Assembly: GCF_035084215.1 (NCBI RefSeq)
Contig: NC_090335.1
Coordinates: forward strand, 47,926,001 to 47,990,000
Length of the DNA: 64,000 nucleotides
Direction of reading: 5' to 3'
DNA from: Heptranchias perlo
Lineage: Eukaryota
The notes under the pieces are model-generated. The model did not search any database. It was given only the letters and a program-made list of their open reading frames with translations, and was not told the origin of the DNA. Below are positions 36,113 to 48,300 of this stretch, piece after piece; position 1 is the first letter of the stretch, and each line of letters starts with the position of its first letter. The translations under genes were made by a program, and so were the position numbers.

Positions 36113-37220
36113 TTTAAAAATTCATTCTCAGGATGTGGGCATTGCTGGTAAAGCTGGCATTTATTGTCCATTGCAAATTGAGCTGAACACTGCAATCATC
36201 AGTGAATAGCCCCACTTCTGACCTAATCATGGGGGGGGGGGGGAAGGCCATTGATGAAACAGCTGAAGATAGTTAGGCCTAGAACACTGCCCTGAGGAAC
36301 TCCTGCAGTGATGTCCTGGGGCTGAGATGATTCACATGCAACAACCACAATCTTTGTGCCAAGTGAGTTTTCCCCCTAATCCTCGTTGACTTCAGTTTGA
36401 CTAGGGTTCCTTGGTGCCACAACCAGTCAAATGCGGCCTTGATGTTTTTTTTATTCATCCATGGAATGTGGGAGTCACTGGCAAGGCCAGCATTTGTTGC
36501 CCATCCCTAATTGCCCTTGAGAAGGTGGTGGTGAGCCGCCGCCTTGAACTGCTGCAGTCCATATGGTGAAGGTACTCCCACAGTGCTGTTAGGTACGGAG
36601 TTCCAGGATTTTGATGTCACGGGCAGTCACTCTCACCTCACCTCTGGAATTCAGCTCTTTTGTCCATGTTTGGTCCATGAGGTCAGGAGCCGTGTAGTCC
36701 AGGCAGAACCCAAACTAAGCATCGGTAAGCATGTTATTGGTGAGCAAGTGCCACTTGATACCATTGTTGGCAACTTCTTCCATCACTTTGCTGATGATTG
36801 GGAGTACGCTGATAGAGCAGTAATTAGCCGGGTTGGATTTGTGCTGCTTTCTGTGGACAGGACATACCTGGGCAATTTTCCACATTGTCTGGTAGTTGCC
36901 AGTTTTGTAGCTGTACCGTAACAGCTTGGCTAGAGGCATGGCTACTTCTAGAGCACAAGTCTTCAGCACTACAGCCGGAATGTGGTCATTGCCCATAGCC
37001 TTTGTTATGTTCAGTGTACTCGGGCATTTGTTGATAACACGTGCAGTGAATTGGTTGAAGACTGGCATCTGTGATGGTGGAGACCTCAGGAGGAAGCCAA
37101 GAAGCATTATCCACTCTGCACTTCTGGCTGAAGATGGTCGCGAACATTTCAGCCTTGTCTTTTGGACTCGCATGTTGGGCTCCACCATCACTGAGGATGG
37201 GGATATTTATGGAACATCCT
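36113..37220 (-). mobile_element. Deleted CR1/L2-group LINE (RT fragments) with a self-nested 3' end at 36446-36610
   Basis: Minus-strand remnants KAMGNDHIPAVVLKTC..WKIAQVCPVHRKQ..NYCSISVLPIISKVME; GVPQG-type motif at ~36290; ttgatgt duplicated around the nested tail. Confidence 0.85.
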
Positions 37221-38064
37221 TCCAAAAAAAATTGCAGAAAAAATCTCTAAAATACCAGAAATAGTGAGTTTGGGTCCAGCTACGCCTAACAATTTGGGCC
37301 TGTTCAGAACTGGCACAAATGCAGGAAACTCACGTTCTCTGATCTTCTGCATGGGGGCAGAACTATGTTAATGAACTAAGTAGGGTTTCGGCAGAGATAA
37401 CTCATGAGCATTGCAAATGATGAAGGAAATTCGCTTGTAGCGATGATTCGGGGTAAATCAGTTATATGCAAATTTCCTCAAAAAAGAAATGGTGCAATTC
37501 AACTCTTATGTTGTAGTTACGCTGAAACTTTCCAGGAGATTCCAGGACAAAGGAACAAATAAAGCAAGTAATAATCACTTGAAAATCTTCAGTTCAGTTT
37601 GAGTAATAAAAATTAAAATTGTCTTCTCATTCCATAAATCTGCTAATTTTGCATCGGTCATTTCTAATATGGACTGTCACTTCAAAACAGCGGAGGGTAT
37701 CAAAAGAATTAAAGTAGTTTCAAAGCCCAACCTCCCCTCCAAATTCTTTCCTACGAAAGCCTGTTTTGTAATTGTTTAAAAATACAGTACACTCTGGTTT
37801 GAGTAAATGATTTAGTAATCTGTACATATTGAGGAAAATTAAAGTATATTAATTGTTCCTCCTGTGCAAACACTAGTCTATTTGTCAATTTAAATTAGCA
37901 GTTTAATAGCTTAATTTTATTATGATTTTGTAGGAGACGGTTCCAAACCAATATAATTTAATATATCCACTGTTTAGCAAGGAAGAGAGACTTTAGCAAT
38001 ACTCTCTCTGCATGCATCACTGACTAAAAATTAGAGCTCTAAGCTACTTTAATCCATTTTCTAA

Positions 38065-38622
38065 AGGGTGCGCGGTGGAAACTCACCCACCGCTTCAAAA
38101 ATGAGGTCCGGGTTATTTTAACTCCTGGGCATCATTTAAATCACACCAGCTGACTTCCCATTGGAAATGGACGGGAACTAGATGGGAAGGGGCAGAAAAC
38201 TGTGCAGCCTAGGGCCGCTTGCCAACACCAGGTAGGTGGCGGGATCAGCTTCAGGGGCCATCTCACTCCTGCTCCTCCTGGCCCCACAAGGAAAGTAAAA
38301 TAACTTACCTTTTTGCGCCTCTTCTGGCCTCAGTTTCTCTTCCCATTGTCTTGACCTGACAGGAAAGCTACAGCGGCTTTCCCACTCTGGCCACCAGTTA
38401 AAATTGCAGTTGGGTCCGGATGACATCAATGGGACCCAACATACATGCTTAAAGACAGTCCCTGCTGGCTTTAGGTGAGTGTGCTTGCTGCCTGCTCAGT
38501 AGAGCAGATTAAAATTTGGAACAGTGAGTTCCTGGCAGTTTTCCGGCGGGTAAGTAACCAGGGCAATTTTAACTGTCCATCTGCCCGGTTTCCACCAGGG
38601 GGTAGGGTTAAAATCGTCCCCT
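38065..38622. mobile_element. Probable non-autonomous DNA transposon (Harbinger-like MITE family)
   Basis: GC-rich block ending gggttaaaatcgtcccc. Inverted subterminal motifs gcggtggaaac / gtttccaccag and a catttaaat motif, as in the 4041-4913 element. Confidence 0.5.
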
Positions 38623-39735
38623 TGGATGTGGCAGAGGCTAGGAGCTGAAAAGCCATTGTTTTTTTGTGGTAATAGAAAAAAAACAATAGGAGAAAATCAG
38701 AAAAAAGGTTATTGCCAGAACATTTATTCTGGTTTTGGATTGGCTTTGCCCTCCTCTGCCTTCTCTTTTCCTTTACTTCAACAAGATGGTTGTACACCAA
38801 CCTACTGTCTGGTTTTCCTATTTGTGTTTCTGTGCTGTAGATATGAACAGATAGAAACCAGTTTTACCCCCCCCCACCCACCTCAGCTGTTATTTCCTGC
38901 TTCCAGGCTTTCTTTCACATTGGGGGAAAATCACCCACATAGACGTTAATAGAAGTTTAATTGCTATAGCTTCAGCCTAGCCAAACTCCTTTACTGAAAT
39001 GATACAAAACTTAAAACCTTACACAACTCTAAGGCTGCTGGCTGCAAACTGAAACACTGAATGTGGACTGCTTTCTCAGGCTTCCTTACCTACATAAATA
39101 TTATCTAAACCCCTTTGAAGCTACAAAGAAACAAATGGCAATGGACAACTGCAACTCTCATAATCACATTAAATTAATATCCATTCATCAATATTGAAGG
39201 GATAGGCAACCTTCTACAATAGCAGAGATGTGCTTGTTCTGGTCAATGAAATCAGTTTACACCTTCGGCATCCCATTGTGCTTGCCTCCGAATCTTGGAA
39301 CCTTAGTGAGTCCCCACAGCCAGTTTGTCCAAGTTTGGAGGTGATGGCTTTTCTATTGAGAAATATTTTATGCGGCCTTGGGTATTAACCCCTGACAGGC
39401 TATTTCTAGCAACACAAAACACTCGTTAAAGATTAAAAACAGACAAAAAGTGCAATTTGTCACATTAATCTTCCTGGCTGCTGGCCTTAGCAAATCCAGG
39501 CAAGTTTACTTTCTGTCACACAAGACCCACATGCAGGGGGCCAGCACCATTCAGACAGGTCTTGTGTAATATAAAAACAGCACCAGACTCTACCAAGTCC
39601 ATACCACCCCCTACCACATCTCACATGATTATGTTAAATCCTCCAGTCTCTACAGCAGTCTGTTTCATTGATGTATTAAATAAATATCTAGATATCAAAC
39701 AAATATTACCAGTTTCTTAAACATTAATAATTTTT

Positions 39736-39798
39736 CTGAACATACCAACCCATAAACCTTGCATGCTGAACATACCAACCCATAAACCTTGCATGCTG
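39736..39798. repeat. Exact 30-bp tandem duplication
   Basis: ctgaacataccaacccataaaccttgcatg x2. Confidence 0.9.
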
Positions 39799-41879
39799 CC
39801 CTTTTTTCCATCTGGCATACACAAAAGAGACAAGGGAATTAAGCTATCCTCTTCTATAAACTCTAACCTTCCTTGTTTGTATAGTGTGTTATGCTACTCA
39901 TCACAAAATTATTACTTTGGAGTTGACAGGGTTTAAGAACAACCCCTCTAATTATTGGGATTGGATGAAAAAAAAGTAACGAAAGTGAGAGGGTTTTGCT
40001 GAAAGAAAGTGTCAAACTGAACTGTATGAAGGGCCGTAACACTGCAGGAATCTGTGAGAATGAGATCAAATGCAATCCTCCGCCTGGAAAACTCGACAGA
40101 GTCTATTGCTATCTCTATCTCTATCTCTATCTCTCCCAGAGCATTGTTAAACATTACATTCAGGGTAATAACAGAATAAAAATGATACAAGCTGCTTATA
40201 CCAAACACAAAGGCAATTTAGAGCTATCAAAAAAAACTTTGTGACTGTTAATTTTCTCCAAATGGTTCCTGGGAAAGTTTTAATAGTGCAGCAATTTACT
40301 ATAAAAAAGCACTGCAACACTAAAACACTACATTTACTTTAAAAAAAACTACAGCTGCTAAATGCGATACTAAGCCACATAGAATGGGGATAGTCCAGGT
40401 GTGATGTCTGATCTGTATTGAGTTATAGTCATTGATTTTAGCCAGAACAGAAGTTAAAGCACTACAATTCTCCTCTGTGTGCCTAAACTAGGCGGGGAGA
40501 AAAATCTACCAGTATTATTACTCCTAATTGGCCATCCGGTAACTCCGCAGGAAAAGGATCCTTTGTGTGGATGTTGGGTGAGGACAGAATTGGACTTGGC
40601 AATGATGCTCCTTAAGCTTGAATAGCCTGCAGACAAGCTGGATGAGATATGGAGGGATAGCGTATGGTTTCCCATGGAACCATACCCCAGCAAGGGCCGA
40701 TGCTTTCAGGAGAAACTTGACAATTTCTCATAAAAAGTGGTAGAGTGTCACTATAAACCTCAGTGCTCAGACTTGTGTCACTTTCCTTACATTAATGCAG
40801 TGAATTTCCTTGGGGGTTCTCCAATTCTCAGCTATTATTGCCAGTTTAATTTGAATGGAGGAACAGTTGGAGGAGAAGGAGGAGCAGCAGCAGCAACCTC
40901 GGCAACCAGCACCGGCAGCAGCTGCTCCCTTTTGAAGACAGCAGCTGAGGAGGCCGCTCGTAGGAGGCCATACCCAGCACACAGGGTGCACAAGCCAAGA
41001 GTCAGTTTCCTGGATCCATCTGAAGAGCAGGAGGCTGCGCTTCTCCAAACAGGCTGTTGTAGACCTTTGCAGACTCCTGCAACAGGACCTGCTGCCTGCT
41101 GGACCAAGGGGCCATGCTTTGCCAGTGGCTCTTAAAGTCTTTTCCTTAAATGCTTTAGGGCAGGAACTTAAAGACAGGAACTGGCTGGTGATCGGTAACG
41201 TAGTGCAAGGGGCACCTGAGGGCAAAAAAGAGGCTATGGATGGATCGGGGAGGAGGTTGATAGGTGGGAACATGGTGGGGATTGGGGCCATATGGCTTTA
41301 AAGTGGCCAACAGGAGTTTCTCTTAGAACCCCCACCCCACAAGGCCATTAACTGCCACACCCCACAATACTGCCAGATGCCAGCAACCCGCAATAATGTC
41401 AGAGTCTGGCACTCCAATGCTCCAAAACCCTCATCTGTCCTGCTTGTCCCTTGGACCTCCCTCTCCAGATTCCAACCCGCCCCACAGTGTTCAAAAACCC
41501 CATGACCATATTTCTGATGTTCCCTTATCCCAGAACTACCCCAGTGCTTCCTAAATCTAAAACTTCCTTCCTCAATAGCCCCATGTCCCAAGATCACTCT
41601 CCCAGTTTTCCTAAAACCTTCCGCTCCACTCGTGTTCTTGAACCCTGCCACCCCCACCACCACCACCACCTTCACAATATGCTAGACTCTGGGACCCCAT
41701 TTTAGTACTGTCAGGTCCTGCCCCCTCCTCTCTGCCCCCACCCCAGCAGTCCCTGGTCCGCCCCGAGGCTGATAAGTCATCGTCCCTGATAGTATTAATG
41801 GGCATAAAATCCCTGTTCTTATAAATCCTCTAATTTACTGTGAGCAACACAGTGAGATCATAGAATCATATCATAGAAG

Positions 41880-44800
41880 TTACAACATGGAAACAGGCCC
41901 TTCAGCCCAACATGTCCATGTCGCCCAGTTTATACCACTAAGCTCGTCCCAATTGCCTGCACTTGGCCCATATCCCTCTATACCCATCTTACCCATGTAA
42001 CTGTCCAAATGCTTTTTAAAAGACAAAATTGTACCCGCCTCTACTACTGCCTCTGGCAGCTCGTTCCAGACACTCACCAACCTTTGAGTGAAAAAATTGC
42101 CCCTCTGGACCCTTTTGTATCTCTCCCCTCTCACCTTAAATCTATGTCCCCTCATTATAGACTCCCCTACCTTTGGGAAAAGATTTTGACTATCTACCTT
42201 ATCTAGGCCCCTCATTATTTTATAGACTTCTATAAGATCACCCCTTAACCTCCTACTCTCCAGGGAAAAAAGTCCCAGTCTATCTAACCTCTCCCTATAA
42301 GTCAAACCATCAAGTCCCGGTAGCATCCTAGTAAATCTTTTCTGCACTCTTTCTAGTTTAATAATATCCTTTCTATAATAGGGTGACCAGAACTGTACAC
42401 AGTATTCCAAGTGTGGCCTTACTAATGTCTTGTACAACTTCAACAAGACATCCAACTCCTGTATTCAATGTTCTGACCAATGAAACCAAGCATGCCGAAT
42501 GCCTTCTTCACCACCCTATCCACCTGTGACTCCACTTTCAAGGAGCTATGAACCTGTACTCCTAGATCTCTTTGTTCTATAACTCTCCCCAACGCCCTAC
42601 CATTAACGGAGTAGGTCCTGGCCCGATTCGATCTACCAAAATGCATCACCTCACATTTATCTAAATTAAACTCCATCTGCCATTCATCGGCCCACTGGCC
42701 CAATTTATCAAGATCCCGTTGCAATCCTAGATAACCTTCTTCACTGTCCACAATGCCACCAATCTTGGTGTCATCTGCAAACTTACTAACCATGCCTCCT
42801 AAATTCTCATCCAAATCATTAATATAAATAACAAATAACAGCGGACCCAGCACCGATCCCTGAGGCACACCGCTGGTCACAGGCCTCCAGTTTGAAAAAC
42901 AACCCTCTACAACCACCCTCTGTCTTCTGTCGTCAAGCCAATTTCGTATCCAATTGGCTACCTCACCTTGGATCCCGTGAGATTTAACCTTATGTAACAA
43001 CCTACCATGCGGTACCTTGTCAAAGGCTTTGCTGAAGTCCATGTAGACCACGTCTACTGCACAGCCCTCATCTATCTTCTTGGTTACCCCTTCAAAAAAC
43101 TCAATCAAATTCGTGAGACATGATTTTCCTCTCACAAAACCATGCTGACTGTTCCTAATCAGTCCCTGCCTCTCCAAATGCCTGTAGATCCTGTCCCTCA
43201 GAATACCCTCTAACAACTTACCCACTACAGATGTCAGGCTCACCGGTCTGTAGTTCCCAGGCTTTTCCCTGCCGCCCTTCTTAAACAAAGGCACAACATT
43301 TGCTACCTTCCTATCTTCAGGCACCTCACCTGTAGCTGTCGATGATTCAAATATCTCTGCTAGGGGACCCGCAATTTCCTCCCTAACCTCCCATAACGTC
43401 CTGGGGTACATTTCATCAGGTCCCGGAGATTTATCTACCTTGATGCGCGTTAAGACTTCCAGCACCTCCCTCTCTGTAATATGTACACTCCTCAAGACAT
43501 CACTATTTATTTCCCCAAGTTCCCTAACATCCATGCCTTTCTCAACCGTAAATACCGATGTGAAATATTCATTCAGGATCTCACCCATCTCTTGTGGTTC
43601 CGCACATAGATGACCTTGTTGATCCTTAAGAGGCCCTACTCTCTCCCTAGTTACTCTTTTGCCCTTTATGTATTTGTAGAAGCTCTTTGGATTCTCCTTT
43701 GCCTTATCTGCCAAAGCAATCTCATGTCCCCTTTTTGCCCTCCTGATTTCTCTCTTAACTCTACTCCGGCAATCTCTATACTCTTCAAGGGATCCACTTG
43801 ATCCCAGCTGCCTATGCATGTCATATGCCTCCTTCTTATTTTTGACTAGGGCCTCAATCTCCCGAGTCATCCAAGGTTCCCTATTTCTACCAGCCTTGCC
43901 CTTCACTTTATAAGGAATGTGCTTACCCTGAACCCTGGTTAACACACTTTTGAAAGCCTCCCACTTACCAGACGTCCCTTTGCCTGCCAACAGACTCTCC
44001 CAATCAACTTCTGAAAGTTCCTGTCTAATACCATCAAAATTGGCCTTTCCCCAATTTAGAATTTTAACTTTTGGGCCAGACCTATGCTTCTCCATAGCTA
44101 TCTTAAAACTAATGGAATTATGATCACTGGTCCCAAAGTGATCCCTCACTAACACTTCAGTCACCTGCCCTTCCTTATTTCCCAAGAGGAGGTCAAGTTT
44201 TGCCCCCTCTCTAGTCGGGCCAGCCACATACTGAATGAGAAATTCCTCCTGAATACACTCAACAAATTTCTCTCCATCCAAGCCCCTAATGCTATGGCTG
44301 TCCCAGTCAATGTTGGGAAAGTTAAAGTCCCCTACTATTACCACCCTATTTTTCTAGCAGCTGTCTGTAACCTCCTTACATATTTGCTCCTCAATTTCCC
44401 GTTGACTATTTGGGGGTCTGTAGTACAATCCTATCAAAGTGATCTCTCCCTTCTTATTTTTCAGTTCTACCCATATAGACTCCGTGGGCGAACCCTCGGA
44501 TATATCCCCTCTCACTACTGCCGTGATGTTCTCCCTAATCAAGAACGCAACTCCTCCTCCTCTCTTACCTCTTGCTCTATCTTTCCTATAGCATCTGTAC
44601 CCTGGAACATTGAGCTGCCAGTCCTGCCCCTCCCTTAGCCATGTTTCAGTAATAGCTATAACATCCCAATCCCATGTACCCATCCATGCCCTGAGTTCAT
44701 CTGCCTTGCCCATCAGACTTCTTGCATTGAAATAAATGCAGTTTAATCTAGACTTCCCTTGGTCTTTGCCCTGCTTTCTCAGACCATCTGTCCGGTCATG

Positions 44801-44890
44801 TTCTGTACACTCTTCCTTACTGCCTTTTGTTTCTGTCACCACTTTACTTCCCACTGACTTCCTGCATCGGTTCCCATCCCCCTGCCACAT
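41880..44890 (-). pseudogene. CR1 ORF2 (APE endonuclease + reverse transcriptase) with one nonsense codon (44354-44356) and one frameshift (~42450)
   Basis: ORFs 44354-44890, 42440-44344 and 41880-42455 join into one protein: YFNARSL..ITETW..YRPP..GDFNFP..SDHN..NYRPVSLTS..DFSKAFDKV..KFADDTK..LVRPHLEYC. Confidence 0.95.
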
Positions 44891-45360
44891 TAGTTTAAAC
44901 CCTCCCCAACAGCACTAGCAAACACTCCCCCTAGGACATTGGTTCCAGTCCTGCCCAGATGCAGACCGTCCAATTTGTACTGGTCCCACCTCCCCCAAAA
45001 CCGGTTCCAATGGCCCAGGAATTTGAATCCCTCCCTCTTGCACCATCTCTCAAGCCACGTATTCATCCTAGCTATCCTGTCATTCCTACTCTGACTAGCC
45101 CGTGGCACTGGTAGCAATCCTGAGATTACTACCTTTGAGGTCCTACCCCTTAGTTTAACTCCTAACTCCCTAAATTCAGCTTGTAGAACCTCATCCTGTT
45201 TGTTACCTATATCGTTGGTGCCTATATGCACCACGACAACTGGCTGTTCACCCTCCCCCTCCAGAATGTCCTGCAGCCACTCCGAGACATCCCTGACCCT
45301 TGCACCAGGGAGGCAACATACCATCCTGGAGTCTCGGTTGCGTCCGCAGAAACGCCTGTC
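44890..45360 (-). CDS. CR1 ORF1 C-terminal SGNH/GDSL esterase domain (5'-truncated)
   Basis: CLPGA..VVHIGTND..DGLHL esterase blocks; its stop overlaps the ORF2 start (TAATG). Confidence 0.88.
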   Translation of the reverse strand, partial: DRRFCGRNRDSRMVCCLPGARVRDVSEWLQDILEGEGEQPVVVVHIGTNDIGNKQDEVLQAEFRELGVKLRGRTSKVVISGLLPVPRASQSRNDRIARMNTWLERWCKREGFKFLGHWNRFWGRWDQYKLDGLHLGRTGTNVLGGVFASAVGEGLN

Positions 45361-45409
45361 TATTTGCTAAGTGCAAAAAGAAAACACAAAATGCCATTGC
45401 TGCCAGAAT

Positions 45410-47700
45410 GGGCCTGCTAGGGCCCGTTGTTTTGGCACAATGCGACCTCCTGAACATCTATGATGGCATCTTGGATGCGCATGCACGCTTCTAGCGTGAT
45501 GTGCGCCGGACACCACCTTGATAAAAGGTTTAGCGCATGCGCAAATAACGAACGCCGGCAACATGTAAAGTAAGGAGAAAATGCGTTTGATCAGTGTGCA
45601 ATGCTGATTTAAAGTGATAGACATCATTTTGGGACTTAACGCTCCACTCAACACACTGTCTTAACCACGACCATCTCAACATGCCCCCATTAGTACTATT
45701 TAAAGGGACCATGCAGGATTTACAGGTTAGTTGCTGGATTATTGCTTCTGGCTGCTGATGCATTTGTATCTGTTTTTGGAGGTCTCCTATACTTGAATAC
45801 TAGATCGAGGGATCATAGCCTAACATTTAGAGCCAGGACGTGCAGGAGTGAAGTTAGGAAATGCTTCTACATGCAAAGGGTGGGGGAAGTTTGGAACGCT
45901 CTTCTGCAGACAGCAGTTGATGCAAGCTCAATTGTGAATTCTAAATCTGAGATTGATAGATTCTGTGAATCAAGGGTATTAAGGGATATGGGACTAAGGC
46001 GGGTTTATGGAGTTAGGTCACAGATCAACCATAATCTCATTGAATGGCGGAACAGGCTCGAGGGACTAAATGCCACTGCTACTTTCTGCCTCCTGTTATA
46101 CACCACCATCTCCTGCAAGAAGGCGGGACGTGTGTCTGGGTGATGTGCCTGTCATGGTTGAATAGCTGCCAGTGCGTGTGGCCTGTGAGTTGTGAGTGTG
46201 CGGCTTGCAACAGTGGTAATGTGTAAGGGTGAGAGGAAGCATGATTGGAAGATTTGAGCACTGACTGAAAGAGTTTGTTGGTAGGTGAGTGATGGGGGGT
46301 GTATTGTGTGGAGCAGTGGATGCTGCTGGCGGTGCAGTTGGTAAGAGATGCCACTTGACAGTTGACCTCACTCACCTTGACCACTCAAGTCAAAGCATTG
46401 AACTTCTTCCTGCACTGCATCCATGTTCGTGGTGCTATGCGCCTGGCATTGACTGCGTCCCCTACTGCCTCCCACTGCCTTTTGAGCATATGTCTGGAGG
46501 GCATCATGCCCCCCTCAACCACGGATATAGGATGCCCCTCCTTCTGTCCACCTCTTGCACCAAGGCCTCTACTGCATCATCAGAGAACCTTGGTGCACGC
46601 ACCCTCGCAGGCCTGGTACCAACTCGGACCGGCAGATCGTTGAGGTCTGGGAGCAGATTGGAGGATGTGGGATTTAGTGGTGCGCAACATTTATTCAATG
46701 TTTTAACATAACTCAACAGTTTGTAAACATATGGACGGGACCTGCATCTGTGTTCTACGTGTGCAATGTCTGATCTCTGTTCAGACAGCAGATTGCTAGG
46801 TTCTCCAGTCTCTCATCCCTGGTACCATTCTAGTAAATCTCTTCTGCATCCTCTCTATGGCCTTGACATCCTAAAGTGCGGTGCCCATTGAATTGAACAC
46901 AATACTCCAGCTGAGGCCTAATCAGTTTTTAAGAGGCTCTTTAACTATCATCCCGCCAGCTTTAATTGCCAGCGGGATTTCCGGATTCGGGATGCCTGCG
47001 CACATACAGGTGCATCCATGGGGAACTCGGAAGACGGCGGGTTGGAACCGGCTTCAGAAACCGAATGGGATTTCCCCAATTTTCGGAGCCCCCCTGCCCC
47101 CAACGCACCTGCAATTTCCCGGGAAAATCGAGCCCCATGTTTTTATTAATTTTTTTAAGAGGTACAGCCTGCCTTTAAGAGATTCGGGCTCCACCCTGCT
47201 GGTGGAAAGTGCGAATGTCATGGAATTGTAGTGGCAAGTTTCATGGAATGGTGTGGTACAGCACAGAAGGAGGCCATTCGACCCATCATGCCTGTGCCTG
47301 CTCTTTGAAAGAGCAATCCAATTGGTCCCACTCCCCTGCTCTTTCCCATAGTCCTGTAAATGTTTTCCTTCAAGTACAATAAATTTTGAAAGTCATTATT
47401 GAATCTACTTCCACCATCCTTTCAGGCAGTTACATCCAGATCATAACAACTCGCTGCATTAAAAAAATGTTTCTTCATCTCACCTCTGGTTCTTTTGCTA
47501 ATCACCTTAAAACTCTGTCTTCTGGTTACCGACCCTTCTGCCACTGGAAACAGTTTCTCCTTCTTTCCTCAAGGCCTGGATTTTTCACATGCTCAAGGTA
47601 AGTTCTAATGTAGCACACCTGCGACCGGTTGACCGGGCACTGGTTAATCGCGCAATGCGATGCCCGCGCCCATTTTCAGGGGTTAACCAATTTAACTCCC
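45410..47700 (-). mobile_element. Non-autonomous Harbinger-like element, copy 2, interrupted by CR1 fragments (~46800-46930, ~47250-47565) and another repeat (~46940-47137)
   Basis: Minus strand RAPRFSDDAVEALVQEVDRRRGILYP..KRQWEAVGDAVNARRIAPRTWMQCRKKFNALT*VVK|gtgagt and ttcttgcag|GAGATGG. Same captured CR1 segment (~45800-46065) and same terminus (47700) as copy 1. Confidence 0.8.
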
Positions 47701-48300
47701 AAATTTTTTTCAGATTGGATGTACCACTTTAAAAGTTGGGCTAGGCTGCCACCTGGTGTACAAAACCTGCATTCCTCAATGCTTGATAAACACGGGCTTA
47801 TGCTGATCTGAGCAATGGAATCTAGTTTCCTAAGTCGCTATCCATTTACTCCATTGCACTCCTTTATTCCAATTATATGAAATCCTTGCTGCAGGCATAA
47901 TACATAAAGGTATCATTTTGATCCAATTATGTTAATGTTTTTTCCCAATATCAATATTTCTCATGCTCAGTATAAGCAAAGTTGTCAACCTGTGATCCAA
48001 TTACACAGGATTGCAGTCTGATATATGCTGTTAAAGAGGCAAGTTAGTTTTCATTCAGACTTACAGGCAAACTCAAACTGAAAACACAATTTGACAGGAC
48101 TGTTTTTAAGTGGAAGTTGCTGCCAGTTGTGCACGCCTAGTATGATTCTCTCGATCGTCCACGGTAACTTCGCCCTTTCTCTGGAATTTCCACGGATCTT
48201 CTGCCAACATTACGGCCTGCAATTGGGAGAAGCTCCATGGAATTTTAACACCTTGATGTTGTTTTTATGATTCTGTTGGTACCAGTATAAGTAATCAATA

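Larger units (their letters stand above)
41858..45364 (-). mobile_element. Young, 5'-truncated CR1 LINE with partial ORF1 and near-intact ORF2
   Basis: ORF1 esterase end, ORF2 APE and RT (GVPQGSVLGP, FADD), 3' stem-loop and an (attctatg)-type tail at ~41860. Confidence 0.97.

Noticed and set aside
39996-40244. Cys-containing ORF, considered as a CD2/CD58-like exon
   Set aside because: No Ig consensus or convincing splice sites; it runs through a (CTATCT)n microsatellite.
40737-41805. Overlapping Ala/Gly/His-rich ORFs on both strands
   Set aside because: GC-rich low-complexity, probably TE-internal sequence; I could not define termini or a domain.
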